Below the pieces are notes generated by a model that saw nothing but the letters and a program-made list of their open reading frames with translations, did not search any database and was not told the DNA's origin. A DNA stretch of 64,000 nucleotides from a virus. Taxonomy: Duplodnaviria; Caudoviricetes. Below are positions 9,823-19,488 of this stretch, one piece after another; the first letter of the stretch is position 1; each line of letters opens with the position of its first letter. Position numbers and translations under genes: made by a program. The stretch lies in IMG/VR virus record IMGVR_UViG_2595698595_000001, positions 128,001 to 192,000 of that record. The stretch is one strand, 5' to 3'.

Positions 9823-10845
9823 ATGTCAAATATTAAACGTTCAGTTCTTGTAACTGGTGCTCTTGGATTCATTGGTTCTAATTTCGTTAGAACTATGGCA
9901 AAAAGATATCCAGATTACTTATTCATTCCACTTGATAATTTCGGATATGCTGCAAACCTGGAACATATCCCAGTCTTTGAAAAACTTACAAACGTTACAA
10001 AAGTTCAAGAAATAACTTTAGGTAGTTTCGATGAAGCTGAAAACTTTATTCTAGCTTCAATTTTCAAAACTTATGACATTGATACTGTGGTACATTTTGC
10101 TGCTGAATCACATGTCGATAATTCGATTTCTAATCCTGACATATTCGTTTTAGCTAATGTCAAAGGTACTGTCGATTTATTGAATGTTGCTAAGAATTAT
10201 TGGGCTGATCGTAAAGATGTAATATTCCATCATGTTTCAACCGATGAAGTATTTGGGGCTCTTGGAATGGAAGGTTCATTTAACGATGATTCTAATTACG
10301 ACCCACATTCACCTTATTCAGCTTCAAAAGCTGCAAGTGATATGTTCGTTAAAGCTTATGCTACGACTTACAATATGTTAGTATCGATTTCTAATTGTTC
10401 AAATAACTTCGGACCATATCAACACAAGGAAAAACTGATTCCAAAAGTTTTAGACGCAATTAAGAACAAAACTGAAATACCTCTTTACGGACATGGTCAA
10501 AATGTTAGAGATTGGTTACATGTTTTAGATCATAACGACGCTATAGATATGATTATCCATCATACTTTGAAATCTAAAGAATCTCGTAGAACTTGGTTAA
10601 TCGGTGGAGGTGTTGAATTAACAAATATAGAATTAATCGATAGACTAACAGAATCTGCTAATGAACATGATAATACATTTGATTATAAGTCATTGATTAA
10701 ATTCGTATCAGATCGTGCTGGTCATGATTTACGATATTCAATAGATTCTAGCACCTTACGTAAAGAACTTGAATGGAAGCCAAAATACGACATTACTAAA
10801 TGTATACCTTACATGATCGGAGAAACTTTAGGATTTACGAAATAA
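9823..10845 (+). CDS. rmlB: dTDP-glucose 4,6-dehydratase
   Basis: GALGFIG, HFAAESHVD, STDEVFG, YSASK, RDWLHV, DRAGHDLRY. Confidence 0.95.
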   Translation: MSNIKRSVLVTGALGFIGSNFVRTMAKRYPDYLFIPLDNFGYAANLEHIPVFEKLTNVTKVQEITLGSFDEAENFILASIFKTYDIDTVVHFAAESHVDNSISNPDIFVLANVKGTVDLLNVAKNYWADRKDVIFHHVSTDEVFGALGMEGSFNDDSNYDPHSPYSASKAASDMFVKAYATTYNMLVSISNCSNNFGPYQHKEKLIPKVLDAIKNKTEIPLYGHGQNVRDWLHVLDHNDAIDMIIHHTLKSKESRRTWLIGGGVELTNIELIDRLTESANEHDNTFDYKSLIKFVSDRAGHDLRYSIDSSTLRKELEWKPKYDITKCIPYMIGETLGFTK

Positions 10846-11417
10846 TGAAAAACATACCAGCAGGAATTGAAGGATGTATTTTTATACAGAATTCACAATT
10901 TAAAGATGAACGTGGATCGTTCAGAGAAACTTTCAGTAAAGAACGATTATCGTTCATATGTAAACATGAATTTGTTCAGGACAATGTTTCGATATCACAT
11001 AAGAATGTATTACGTGGAATGCATATTCAAACAGGTGATTCTGTACAAGGTAAACTTGTTACATGTCTTAAAGGTAGATTAATCGATTTAGTTGTAGACA
11101 TTCGTAAAGATTCTCTTACTTACGGTAAGACTATTACAGTATTACTACATGAACCAAATATGTCGTTATTTGTACCACGTGGTTGTCTACATGGATTCAT
11201 ATCATTAGAAGACGATACAATCATGCATTACAAATGTGATAACTATTATTCGAAAGAACATGAAGTATCTTATGACCCTTTAAGTTTACCGGAAAATATA
11301 TTCATACAAATCGAACAGGGTTTTAATATCGGTATAGACGATTTGATTATCAATTCTAAAGACAGAACTGGTAAAATGATCTATACTAACGAAGGAATTT
11401 TAAGTTCATTCATTTAA
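10845..11417 (+). CDS. rmlC: dTDP-4-dehydrorhamnose 3,5-epimerase
   Basis: DERGSFRE, FVQDNVS, LRGMH, QGKLV, HGF, YKC. ATG overlaps the rmlB stop (TAATG). Confidence 0.93.
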   Translation: MKNIPAGIEGCIFIQNSQFKDERGSFRETFSKERLSFICKHEFVQDNVSISHKNVLRGMHIQTGDSVQGKLVTCLKGRLIDLVVDIRKDSLTYGKTITVLLHEPNMSLFVPRGCLHGFISLEDDTIMHYKCDNYYSKEHEVSYDPLSLPENIFIQIEQGFNIGIDDLIINSKDRTGKMIYTNEGILSSFI

Positions 11418-11420
11418 CAT

Positions 11421-12302
11421 ATGCTTACAAGAAATAGAAAAGGAATTATTTTAGCAGGTGGGTCTGGGACCCGCTTGCATCCATTGACTATCAGTGTTTC
11501 GAAACAGTTATTACCTGTATACGATAAACCAATGATTTACTATCCATTGACAACTCTTATCGAAGCTGGTATAAACGAAATACTTATAATATCAACACCA
11601 CAGGATAGAAATTCTTTCGAGAACTTACTAGGTAACGGTTCACAATTTGGTGTTAGAATAGAATACGCTGTTCAAGAAAAACCTAATGGTTTAGCACAAG
11701 CTTTCGTTATCGGTGAAGAATTCATAGGTAAATCTAAAGTAGCTCTGATTTTAGGTGACAACATTTTCCATGCTTCTAATATAGATAGATTACTTATGGA
11801 AGCTAATATGTCTGATAAAAATACGATATTTGCATATCGTGTAAATGATCCTCAGAGATATGGTGTAGTTGAATTCGATGAATATGATAACGCTGTTTCG
11901 ATCGAAGAAAAACCTTTGAATCCTAAATCTAATTACGCAGTACCAGGCTTATATTTCTATAATAACGATGTTATCGAAGTAGCTAAGACTATCAAACCTT
12001 CAGCTCGTGGAGAATACGAAATATCAGATATTAACGCATATTACTTAGATAAGAATCAATTATCAGTTAAAGCTTTTGACAGAAGTGGTACTACATGGTT
12101 AGATACTGGTACTATTCAGTCTTTAGCTGAAGCTTCTTTATTTGTTGAAGTCATGCAAAATCGTACCGGTAATTTAATAGGTAGCCCCGAAGAAGCTGCA
12201 TTTAGACATGATGAAATATCTAAAGACTCATTAATTGAATCTGCTAAGAAATATGATAAGTCTGGTTATGGTGAGTATCTTTTGAAACTTGTACAGAAAT
12301 GA
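11421..12302 (+). CDS. rmlA: glucose-1-phosphate thymidylyltransferase
   Basis: GIILAGGSGTRLHP, SKQLLPVYDKPMIYYP, LGDNIF, EEKP, SARGEYEI, WLDTGT. Confidence 0.96.
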   Translation: MLTRNRKGIILAGGSGTRLHPLTISVSKQLLPVYDKPMIYYPLTTLIEAGINEILIISTPQDRNSFENLLGNGSQFGVRIEYAVQEKPNGLAQAFVIGEEFIGKSKVALILGDNIFHASNIDRLLMEANMSDKNTIFAYRVNDPQRYGVVEFDEYDNAVSIEEKPLNPKSNYAVPGLYFYNNDVIEVAKTIKPSARGEYEISDINAYYLDKNQLSVKAFDRSGTTWLDTGTIQSLAEASLFVEVMQNRTGNLIGSPEEAAFRHDEISKDSLIESAKKYDKSGYGEYLLKLVQK

Positions 12303-12312
12303 AAAACAAGAC

Positions 12313-12353
12313 TTGGAATGCTGTTTAAACAGCATTCCAATCTTTAGTATAAT
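12313..12353 (+). promoter_or_regulatory. palindrome-embedded promoter / terminator
   Basis: 28-bp perfect palindrome TTGGAATGCTGTTT|AAACAGCATTCCAA containing TTAAAC-N14-TAGTATAAT. Confidence 0.65.
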
Positions 12354-12389
12354 CAATTTATACATATATCTATAAACTATTTAGAACTA

Positions 12390-13184
12390 ATGAAACACAG
12401 AAGTAAAATTCTAACGTGGGCTTATTGGTTAGCTTCCAGAGAAGCTGCAGCAGTCTTCGTTCTAATGGGTATCATTTCCCAATTCTCTCATGTTTATTTC
12501 ATAACATACGAAATCTCATCACTCGTTGGATTCTGGAAAATAGCTCAAGCTATTATCATGTCTTTGTTTTTCTCATGTGGTCTTGCATACTTCATTTTAC
12601 GTGGTGTAAATGAAGACGATGATTCTAAAGAAAACAAGAGGTCTAAGAATCTGATATTACTTTTCACTTGGATTGAAGCTCTTATTAACTTTGCTTATTG
12701 GGGTGGTCATTTGATTTATGATCCATTAATGAACAATGAACAAGTTAACTGGTTCCAATTTGGTATTTCTATTCCATTCGCGGTATTGATTCCAGTATTG
12801 TTGAAAGCTTATGGATTCTCTATCTTAGTTAATGAACCTTCTATGATTGAAGAAATCGAAGAAGAAACTTCAGATATCAGTGAAACTATGTACAATGAAT
12901 TACTTGATAAACTGAAAGAATCTGAAGAGAAATACAAAAATCTACAAGGTGCTTACAAAATGAAATTCACTGGTGAAACTGGCGGAAACAAAGTTATAGA
13001 TGTTGAATTACAACCTAAAGATTTATCAGTTATTGAAGAAACTAAATCTGAAGAATCGATTATAGAAGAACCTATAACTAACGAAATCGAAGAAACTGTA
13101 AAAGTTGAAGAACCTAAACGTTTATCAGTTACTGAAGAAATCGATTTAGAAATGCAAAAGATAAATGAGCAACAATCTACTTAA
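12390..13184 (+). CDS. multi-pass membrane protein with acidic C-terminal tail
   Basis: About 4 hydrophobic segments followed by an E-rich region. Confidence 0.65.
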   Translation: MKHRSKILTWAYWLASREAAAVFVLMGIISQFSHVYFITYEISSLVGFWKIAQAIIMSLFFSCGLAYFILRGVNEDDDSKENKRSKNLILLFTWIEALINFAYWGGHLIYDPLMNNEQVNWFQFGISIPFAVLIPVLLKAYGFSILVNEPSMIEEIEEETSDISETMYNELLDKLKESEEKYKNLQGAYKMKFTGETGGNKVIDVELQPKDLSVIEETKSEESIIEEPITNEIEETVKVEEPKRLSVTEEIDLEMQKINEQQST

Positions 13185-13506
13185 ATCTATAGTCAATTTC
13201 GATATTGACAAAGCTACAAAAGATTATACCAAGTTCTTAGAAACAGAACAAGCTGAAACTGTTATGAACAGTATCTTGCTAAACTATTCTGAGAACTTAG
13301 GTAGAATCGTAGAAGTAGCACATAAGGAAATGTCAGAAGATATTCTTGAACAAATACTTCAAAGATATTCTAACAATATGCTAAAGCTTTGGAATAATCT
13401 TCAAAATCTACATAAAGAATCTTATTTCGAATTCAATTTAGATAATCCTTTTAAAGACGAATTAGCAAAAAACGACAAAGAACTTTCTAATCTATTATTT
13501 AAATGA
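13165..13506 (+). CDS. hypothetical protein
   Basis: ORF overlapping neighbours. Confidence 0.6.
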   Translation: MSNNLLKSIVNFDIDKATKDYTKFLETEQAETVMNSILLNYSENLGRIVEVAHKEMSEDILEQILQRYSNNMLKLWNNLQNLHKESYFEFNLDNPFKDELAKNDKELSNLLFK

Positions 13507-14165
13507 CCAAAATAAATGATATCGGTTTCGCTAAACTGAATTTAATCACAGCTTATGATGCTGTAGTTACATGTTTCAAAGATGTTGAAAAACTATTTAG
13601 AAACGATGATCATCTACATGAACTTAAATCTGTAGAATATTACAAAGGACAAGGATTACCTTATGAATTGCTAATCGAACGTTTATATCACGAACTTTCA
13701 AGACATCCAGTTTTCAAAGTCTATACTAAACGTAAGCATGTGAATAATATCAGTTTGATTAAAGGATGGGCTGAATTACTTAGTAATGCTAATATAAAAT
13801 CGACTTATAGTTTAGAACAAGTTTTCAAATCTGTATTTCAAAATGTTAAAACTACAGTTTACGATGGTCAACGTTCAGCTATTCAAATATTCTCACATTC
13901 TTTTACGAACAAAGAAACTAATGTTAAAGTTTCTGATTTAACTGAGATTCCTGATAAAGCTATAAGGATAACTAAATCAGAAACTGTTGATTCTATGTAT
14001 CTTATCGAAGAAACAGAATCTTATTGTAGATACGCTTTCAAGGAATATGAAGACTCCAGAATATTCGATTTAAAGATTTTGAAAGCTTCACCATATCTAG
14101 AAAATCGTCATTATACAGGATATTCTATATCTGACGCAGTTGCTTACATTTTATTTTTACGATAA
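13503..14165 (+). CDS. hypothetical protein
   Basis: ORF with coupled start/stop. Confidence 0.6.
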   Translation: MTKINDIGFAKLNLITAYDAVVTCFKDVEKLFRNDDHLHELKSVEYYKGQGLPYELLIERLYHELSRHPVFKVYTKRKHVNNISLIKGWAELLSNANIKSTYSLEQVFKSVFQNVKTTVYDGQRSAIQIFSHSFTNKETNVKVSDLTEIPDKAIRITKSETVDSMYLIEETESYCRYAFKEYEDSRIFDLKILKASPYLENRHYTGYSISDAVAYILFLR

Positions 14166-14371
14166 TGAGTAGATGGAAATTATCAGACGGTTCTAGTGCT
14201 GTCGAGGAAGTATTCAATGAACTTGGAATCGTTAATGAAGAAAACATACAAGTTACTATAGATATTTGGAAAGATAGTTTAACTGATATCACTGATATCA
14301 CTTTATTGCAGAAAACTAAAGACGATATCGAAATTTTCAAAGACATGTTAAAACATATGAAAAATCTGTAA
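14165..14371 (+). CDS. hypothetical protein
   Basis: TAATG-coupled small ORF. Confidence 0.55.
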   Translation: MSRWKLSDGSSAVEEVFNELGIVNEENIQVTIDIWKDSLTDITDITLLQKTKDDIEIFKDMLKHMKNL

Positions 14372-14375
14372 ATAA

Positions 14376-14417
14376 AAACCCATGTAACTGAAACTTACAT
14401 GGGTTTCGTAGTATAAT
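14376..14417 (+). promoter_or_regulatory. hairpin promoter cassette, type A
   Basis: AAACCCATGTAA-CTGAAAC-TTACATGGGTTT-CG-TAGTATAAT. Confidence 0.8.
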
Positions 14418-14480
14418 ACATTTAATTAATTAAATGCATTTCGTTACTTTGTAACATATATACAAAAAATACTTTCAATT

Positions 14481-14684
14481 ATGGCTAAAACTACATTAAC
14501 TCCACAAGAAATCGAAAAGGCTAAGGAATATTTCGGAAGAGGTGAATATCTTCATTTGGAAATCGTTTCGTGGAAAGACGAACCGTCATCATTCCCTTTC
14601 GTGACTTCATTGGAAGAGCTTATTAATGCTTTCAAACTTTGGGGTGACGCTAAAGATGTAAGACGTCTTTCGATCGAATGGTAA
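14481..14684 (+). CDS. hypothetical early protein
   Basis: TTTCAATT-ATG start downstream of the cassette. Confidence 0.6.
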   Translation: MAKTTLTPQEIEKAKEYFGRGEYLHLEIVSWKDEPSSFPFVTSLEELINAFKLWGDAKDVRRLSIEW

Positions 14685-14713
14685 TCTATTTCTAACTTTT
14701 ATTTTTTTCAATT

Positions 14714-15241
14714 ATGTACTTATCAAACATATACGAATCTTTCGTAGATTCTCAGATTTCTAATCCGTTTATCAATAACATGATTAAGAATCTTCCTTTC
14801 GAACAAATCACAGAAGGTAAATTTCCTGAACTGTTAAATACGTACCCCGAAGGTGTACGTAAAACTATCGAAGTTCTTCCAAATATTCTACACAAGCTAC
14901 ATACTTATTACAATGTTCCTGTAAAATGTGTTAAAGTAAATCACGAGTTGGAATTCGAACATGTTTCAAGTGAATGTACAACTGTTCAAGCCTTTCAATC
15001 TATTGTAAAGGCTGATCTTTGTACTAACTTTTCATTTACTGTCGATTTCGATAAGTTTACTGGTAGATTACCAATTAACAAATATCATCAAAAACGTACA
15101 CAGGACGATATTTTCATCATTGTAAGAAAACATTCAGGATTCATAAGTGTCGAAATCAGTGTATTCGATTACAAATCGTTTATCAGTAATGTAGAAATCG
15201 ATGAAATATTCGATCTTATCGTAGGTACTCCAAATTTCTAA
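14714..15241 (+). CDS. hypothetical protein, paralog of 18858..19391
   Basis: NLPFEQITEGKFP and SFISNVEIDEIFDLI shared with 18858. Confidence 0.65.
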   Translation: MYLSNIYESFVDSQISNPFINNMIKNLPFEQITEGKFPELLNTYPEGVRKTIEVLPNILHKLHTYYNVPVKCVKVNHELEFEHVSSECTTVQAFQSIVKADLCTNFSFTVDFDKFTGRLPINKYHQKRTQDDIFIIVRKHSGFISVEISVFDYKSFISNVEIDEIFDLIVGTPNF

Positions 15242-15244
15242 ATC

Positions 15245-15805
15245 ATGAACATATTCTTCCTAGATAACGATGAAACTATTTCAGCTTCATTATATACTGA
15301 TAAGCATATTATCAAAATGATTACAGAAACTTGTCAGATGCTTTCAACTTACGCTCATGAGAAATTCGAAAATCATCCTGTAGAGCTTTACAAACCTACA
15401 CATCGTAATCATCCATGTACTAAATGGTTATTCGAATCAACTAATAACGTTATACGTTTATGTAATATCGGTATTGCATTAGTTTCTGAATATCATTACA
15501 GATTCGGTAAACTTAACAATTTCTATAAAGCTAAACAAATACTTCATTATGTTTCGTTTAGAATTCTAGATTGCAGTTTCGAACTAGGTACCGAATTACC
15601 CTGTGTTGTAGCTGAATATGATGAGAATCTTTCAGTTTTCGAAAATTACGAAAAGTATTACATTACTCACAAGTTACAAAATGCTAAGTTTACTAACAGA
15701 CGTGAGTCAGAATTACATTGGACTAATAAAGCTGTAACATATTACGGGCAACAAAAGATTAAGGAAATTCAACAGATACTTCAAATACCAATAGAAAGAT
15801 TTTAA
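15245..15805 (+). CDS. pyrimidine-dimer glycosylase/endonuclease V-related phage protein
   Basis: MNIFFLD, DKHIIKMITETCQMLST and YKPTHRNHPCTKW family signature. Confidence 0.7.
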   Translation: MNIFFLDNDETISASLYTDKHIIKMITETCQMLSTYAHEKFENHPVELYKPTHRNHPCTKWLFESTNNVIRLCNIGIALVSEYHYRFGKLNNFYKAKQILHYVSFRILDCSFELGTELPCVVAEYDENLSVFENYEKYYITHKLQNAKFTNRRESELHWTNKAVTYYGQQKIKEIQQILQIPIERF

Positions 15806-15806
15806 C

Positions 15807-16238
15807 ATGGCTAACGAAACAAAAACATTACCAGTTCCAAGTTTAATACCTGACTGTATAATATACGACTATGATGGTAGAAATCCAGAATTAGCTTGGA
15901 CTAGAGATTTAAACCGATCTGCACAATTTGCAACAATTACTACAGTAATGGGTGATACATCAGTACCATGGGATAGAATCGTATTAGTACATAGATTACA
16001 GGATCAATTACTTAATCTATTGAAATACAAATTAAGCCTAATGACTACTTGGAGTAGAGGAATTTCACATTCTGATATCATTGATGCTATTAACACCAAG
16101 AAAGCTTTGATACGTGACATTGGTTGGAAACTTAGATGGGATGTATTTAATCAAACGAAATCAGAAATTATTGAAATAATCGAATCGTTAGGTTCTATGA
16201 ACCTTGAACAAGCAATAGAATTTAGAAAGGACAAATAA
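15807..16238 (+). CDS. hypothetical protein
   Basis: Tightly packed ORF. Confidence 0.55.
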   Translation: MANETKTLPVPSLIPDCIIYDYDGRNPELAWTRDLNRSAQFATITTVMGDTSVPWDRIVLVHRLQDQLLNLLKYKLSLMTTWSRGISHSDIIDAINTKKALIRDIGWKLRWDVFNQTKSEIIEIIESLGSMNLEQAIEFRKDK

Positions 16239-16239
16239 C

Positions 16240-16596
16240 ATGAAAAACTTACATTGGTTACTCGCATACAAACTCGATCTTAGATGTGCTGAATCTATTC
16301 AGGAACTTGAAGATAACGTAAAGGATATTCTATCTATTCTTGATAAAGTTAAGAACGATATTAAACCTCTTGAGGATAAACTATCTGAAGACGTTTTCTG
16401 GGATTTACAAGAACAATTAGAATCTTGTATAGAATCGTTCGAAATTATTAAAGTAATGAGAGACATGGAATTCGAAGATGCTGCTGGAAATTACAATGAA
16501 GCTTTAGCTTGTTTGTATGATTTCTGTGATGAAAAACTATTTATAGACGATCAGGTTAGAAGATTCATTTGGTTAGAACTTTCACATACTATTTAA
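16240..16596 (+). CDS. hypothetical protein
   Basis: Tightly packed ORF; LYDFCD...RFIW tail seen in small phage proteins. Confidence 0.6.
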   Translation: MKNLHWLLAYKLDLRCAESIQELEDNVKDILSILDKVKNDIKPLEDKLSEDVFWDLQEQLESCIESFEIIKVMRDMEFEDAAGNYNEALACLYDFCDEKLFIDDQVRRFIWLELSHTI

Positions 16597-16597
16597 C

Positions 16598-17824
16598 ATG
16601 AATAAATTTAATCAAGTTTTCAAATCTTCGTTAATCAATACTATCGGATACGATCCTATCGAAGTCGAAAGATTACCACTATTACAGAAATACTATATTC
16701 GGTTATATTATAAGTTATTCAATTCAAGTCCTTCTGAAAGAATAAGAACTTTCGTAGAATTCGAATGTAGTGACGCTTATAAAGCACAATTACTAACCTT
16801 AGAATCTATAAACTTACCTGAAGAATATAGTTGTTCGTATTACAAGATATCGTTATATGATTTGTTCTTTTCTGATACACAAACGTCATATTTACTGTTT
16901 CTCGAATTAGCTACAACTGATGTAATATTCGACAAAGTATTTCAGGAAAGATTCCATTGGATTTTTGATAAAGCTTACATAAAGTTTCTAGTTGAAAGTA
17001 ATCAAACTATCGTAATACTTAATGATAAGATATTTGACGAACAGATTCTTACGAATTTCGAGCTTTCTAAATTGTACGTTAATCATATCAAATTCGAAGA
17101 TCATACATCAGAATTCTTACATGAAAGACTTACGAAATTATTTGATCCTGTTAAAAACTTAGCATTCATTAAATATTACCTTCTAACTGAATGTGAAGAA
17201 TGCATAAACGATTTAACAGAATGGATCATAAAATCTATAGAATACGATTACGAGGATAAATCAAAGTATAAATATCGTAAAGATTTCTTTAACGATCTTT
17301 TCAAAGTCATATGTATAGACGCTTTCTCAGGTAAGTTTATTCATAAGATTTACAAGATTCAGAATTTAATAAGTCTAGAAAACAGGGAAGCTTATGTTAG
17401 ATTAGTTGAAGAACATGTAAAGACTTTCGGTTCTTCAAGATATTCCATACTTCTACTTTTTCCAAGTTCTTTAACTTCTACTGAAATCGTTCAGAAAGCT
17501 TTGAACGATTTGTCAAATCGTTTAACAGACAATACTAGTAAATCTGAAAACGTTTATAACTGTATCGATTCAGTTTATAGGATTTTTACTAGTTACGACT
17601 TCAACAATACAAGGATTCGTGACGAAATAAAAAGTTCACCATATTTCGATTCATTAAAGCTATATACGATATTTGCTATATACGTTAAACATCATAATTT
17701 CAATTTTCTTATGCATATTCCTAGAAATTGTATGACTCACAATATTCTTATGAGATTTGCTAAAGATTATCCGTTTTACCTTGGACAATATATGAAAGAC
17801 TGTCCAGATTTATTTGAAGACTAA
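16598..17824 (+). CDS. hypothetical protein
   Basis: 408-aa ORF. Confidence 0.6.
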   Translation: MNKFNQVFKSSLINTIGYDPIEVERLPLLQKYYIRLYYKLFNSSPSERIRTFVEFECSDAYKAQLLTLESINLPEEYSCSYYKISLYDLFFSDTQTSYLLFLELATTDVIFDKVFQERFHWIFDKAYIKFLVESNQTIVILNDKIFDEQILTNFELSKLYVNHIKFEDHTSEFLHERLTKLFDPVKNLAFIKYYLLTECEECINDLTEWIIKSIEYDYEDKSKYKYRKDFFNDLFKVICIDAFSGKFIHKIYKIQNLISLENREAYVRLVEEHVKTFGSSRYSILLLFPSSLTSTEIVQKALNDLSNRLTDNTSKSENVYNCIDSVYRIFTSYDFNNTRIRDEIKSSPYFDSLKLYTIFAIYVKHHNFNFLMHIPRNCMTHNILMRFAKDYPFYLGQYMKDCPDLFED

Positions 17825-18147
17825 TGGAAAATACAGACTTACAATACAGAGATAATTCTTATTTTAACGAAAAAGATTATTACATATTCGAATCACATGG
17901 TCAGTTAATGCTCAGACAAGTTGAGTTTTCTGGAACTAACTGGTTTGTAAAAGATGGTGTACCTTACAAAGCTACAACTGTTAGATGTGTAGTTTCCAAC
18001 GTTGGTAACTTTATCAAATCTATAGAAACTTTACTTGAAAGTATTAACAAGAAACGTAAATATGGTGAACGTACTGGATTCTTTTATGCTGACTTGGGTA
18101 CTGGTTTAACATTAAATTATGATATGAGTTTCATGAAATATACATAA
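17824..18147 (+). CDS. hypothetical protein
   Basis: TAATG-coupled ORF. Confidence 0.55.
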   Translation: MENTDLQYRDNSYFNEKDYYIFESHGQLMLRQVEFSGTNWFVKDGVPYKATTVRCVVSNVGNFIKSIETLLESINKKRKYGERTGFFYADLGTGLTLNYDMSFMKYT

Positions 18148-18166
18148 TACATAAATCAAATAAGAC

Positions 18167-18715
18167 ATGAAATCAATATCAGAACTATACGAAGCTTTCG
18201 TAGAATTAAAACATATTAACAAAGACAAAGAATTTATAGCAGGTAAGGATGTAAAAATCGATTACAAATCTTTACCTAAGCATGCTCAAAAATTCTTTGA
18301 TGCTTTGTATTCGGGATTCGAACAATTAGGTAACAAGATAACATTCGAAGCTAATGAATCTAAATTAAACTTGAATAATGCTAGTTATAATCTTGTAAGA
18401 GTTTCAAAACCTGGATCAGACTATGGAACTATTCTTACTAGAGAAGAAGTTCTAGAACATAACGCTAAAAAGGTTGTACATTTGACTTCAGGATTTTACA
18501 TTCATTCAGCCTCAAATGATAAACCTATTTATATTACGTTATTCCTTAACATGGGTCCTAAAGGTGACGCTTCATTCAAGCTTAGCTTTAACATGGATTC
18601 AACTAAAGATTTGAAATATGCTCCAGGAATGGATGGCTTAAAATTAGCGACATCTGTAGTTAAGGCTATGATATCAAAGAACAAAGCTTATCAGAATAGT
18701 TTCTTCAATATGTAA
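18167..18715 (+). CDS. MK-x5-YE leader protein (possible capsid-internal protein)
   Basis: N-terminus MKSISELYEAF; tandem WATACATA boxes at 18139/18146. Confidence 0.55.
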   Translation: MKSISELYEAFVELKHINKDKEFIAGKDVKIDYKSLPKHAQKFFDALYSGFEQLGNKITFEANESKLNLNNASYNLVRVSKPGSDYGTILTREEVLEHNAKKVVHLTSGFYIHSASNDKPIYITLFLNMGPKGDASFKLSFNMDSTKDLKYAPGMDGLKLATSVVKAMISKNKAYQNSFFNM

Positions 18716-18739
18716 GAAAAATTAAGAAAAAATGTAAAA

Positions 18740-18783
18740 GAAACCCTCGGAAACTGAAACTTTCGAGGGTTTCGTAGTACTAT
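18740..18783 (+). promoter_or_regulatory. hairpin promoter cassette, type B
   Basis: GAAACCCTCG-GAAACTGAAACTTT-CGAGGGTTTC-G-TAGTACTAT. Confidence 0.8.
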
Positions 18784-18857
18784 ACATTTATAAATAAATG
18801 GATTCCGTTACTTTGTAACGTATATACTAAATTAATAAATAAATATATCTTTCAATT

Positions 18858-19391
18858 ATGACAACTATCAAATCAAAACTTTGGCAAGAACATGTAACTT
18901 CAGTAACAGAAAACTTTCATGTTGTAGAATATCTTTGGAATCTTCCATTTTCAGAAATTACAAACGCTAACTTCCCAGATTTCTTCAATTATGGTTCTAT
19001 TGACAGAACTAACGAAATCGTTAAACAAATAATCTGTCACTTTCTGAAATACAATGTTGATGTTATTTTGACATACGATAACATGATTACTCAACGTATT
19101 TCAAATGTATTCGAATTAAAAGATTTAAGTAAGTTCGTAAACCTTAAACAAGTTTGTATCGTAGATTTACAGGGTCAATTCAGAAACGAGAAAGAAGAAT
19201 CTAAACGATATGGTGACGCTTTTACTATCGCTTTCGATACTCTTACCGATTTGGAGAAATCTAAACAAGATTACCGTCCTAACTTAGATGTAAGATGTTT
19301 CCGAATTATGGATATTGAAATGGAATCGTTCATCAAAGCTTCGGAAGTTGAAGAAATATCTGACCTAATTATTGACAGTCTTCAAAAATAA
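18858..19391 (+). CDS. hypothetical protein, paralog of 14714..15241
   Basis: NLPFSEITNANFP and SFIKASEVEEISDLI. Confidence 0.65.
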   Translation: MTTIKSKLWQEHVTSVTENFHVVEYLWNLPFSEITNANFPDFFNYGSIDRTNEIVKQIICHFLKYNVDVILTYDNMITQRISNVFELKDLSKFVNLKQVCIVDLQGQFRNEKEESKRYGDAFTIAFDTLTDLEKSKQDYRPNLDVRCFRIMDIEMESFIKASEVEEISDLIIDSLQK

Positions 19392-19408
19392 AAAGTAAAA
19401 AATAATTA

Positions 19409-19452
19409 AAAACCTACGGAAACTGAAACTTTCGTAGGTTTTGTAGTATAAT
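19409..19452 (+). promoter_or_regulatory. hairpin promoter cassette, compensatory variant
   Basis: AAAACCTACG-GAAACTGAAACTTT-CGTAGGTTTT-G-TAGTATAAT. Confidence 0.8.
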
Positions 19453-19488
19453 ATACTCAAATAACAAATTTATAAATATATTTCAATT

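Noticed and set aside
9823-12302. Bacterial O-antigen/capsule locus or host contamination
   Set aside because: No wzx/wzy/ABC exporter. The operon is flanked by phage promoters and has the same composition and packing as its phage neighbours.
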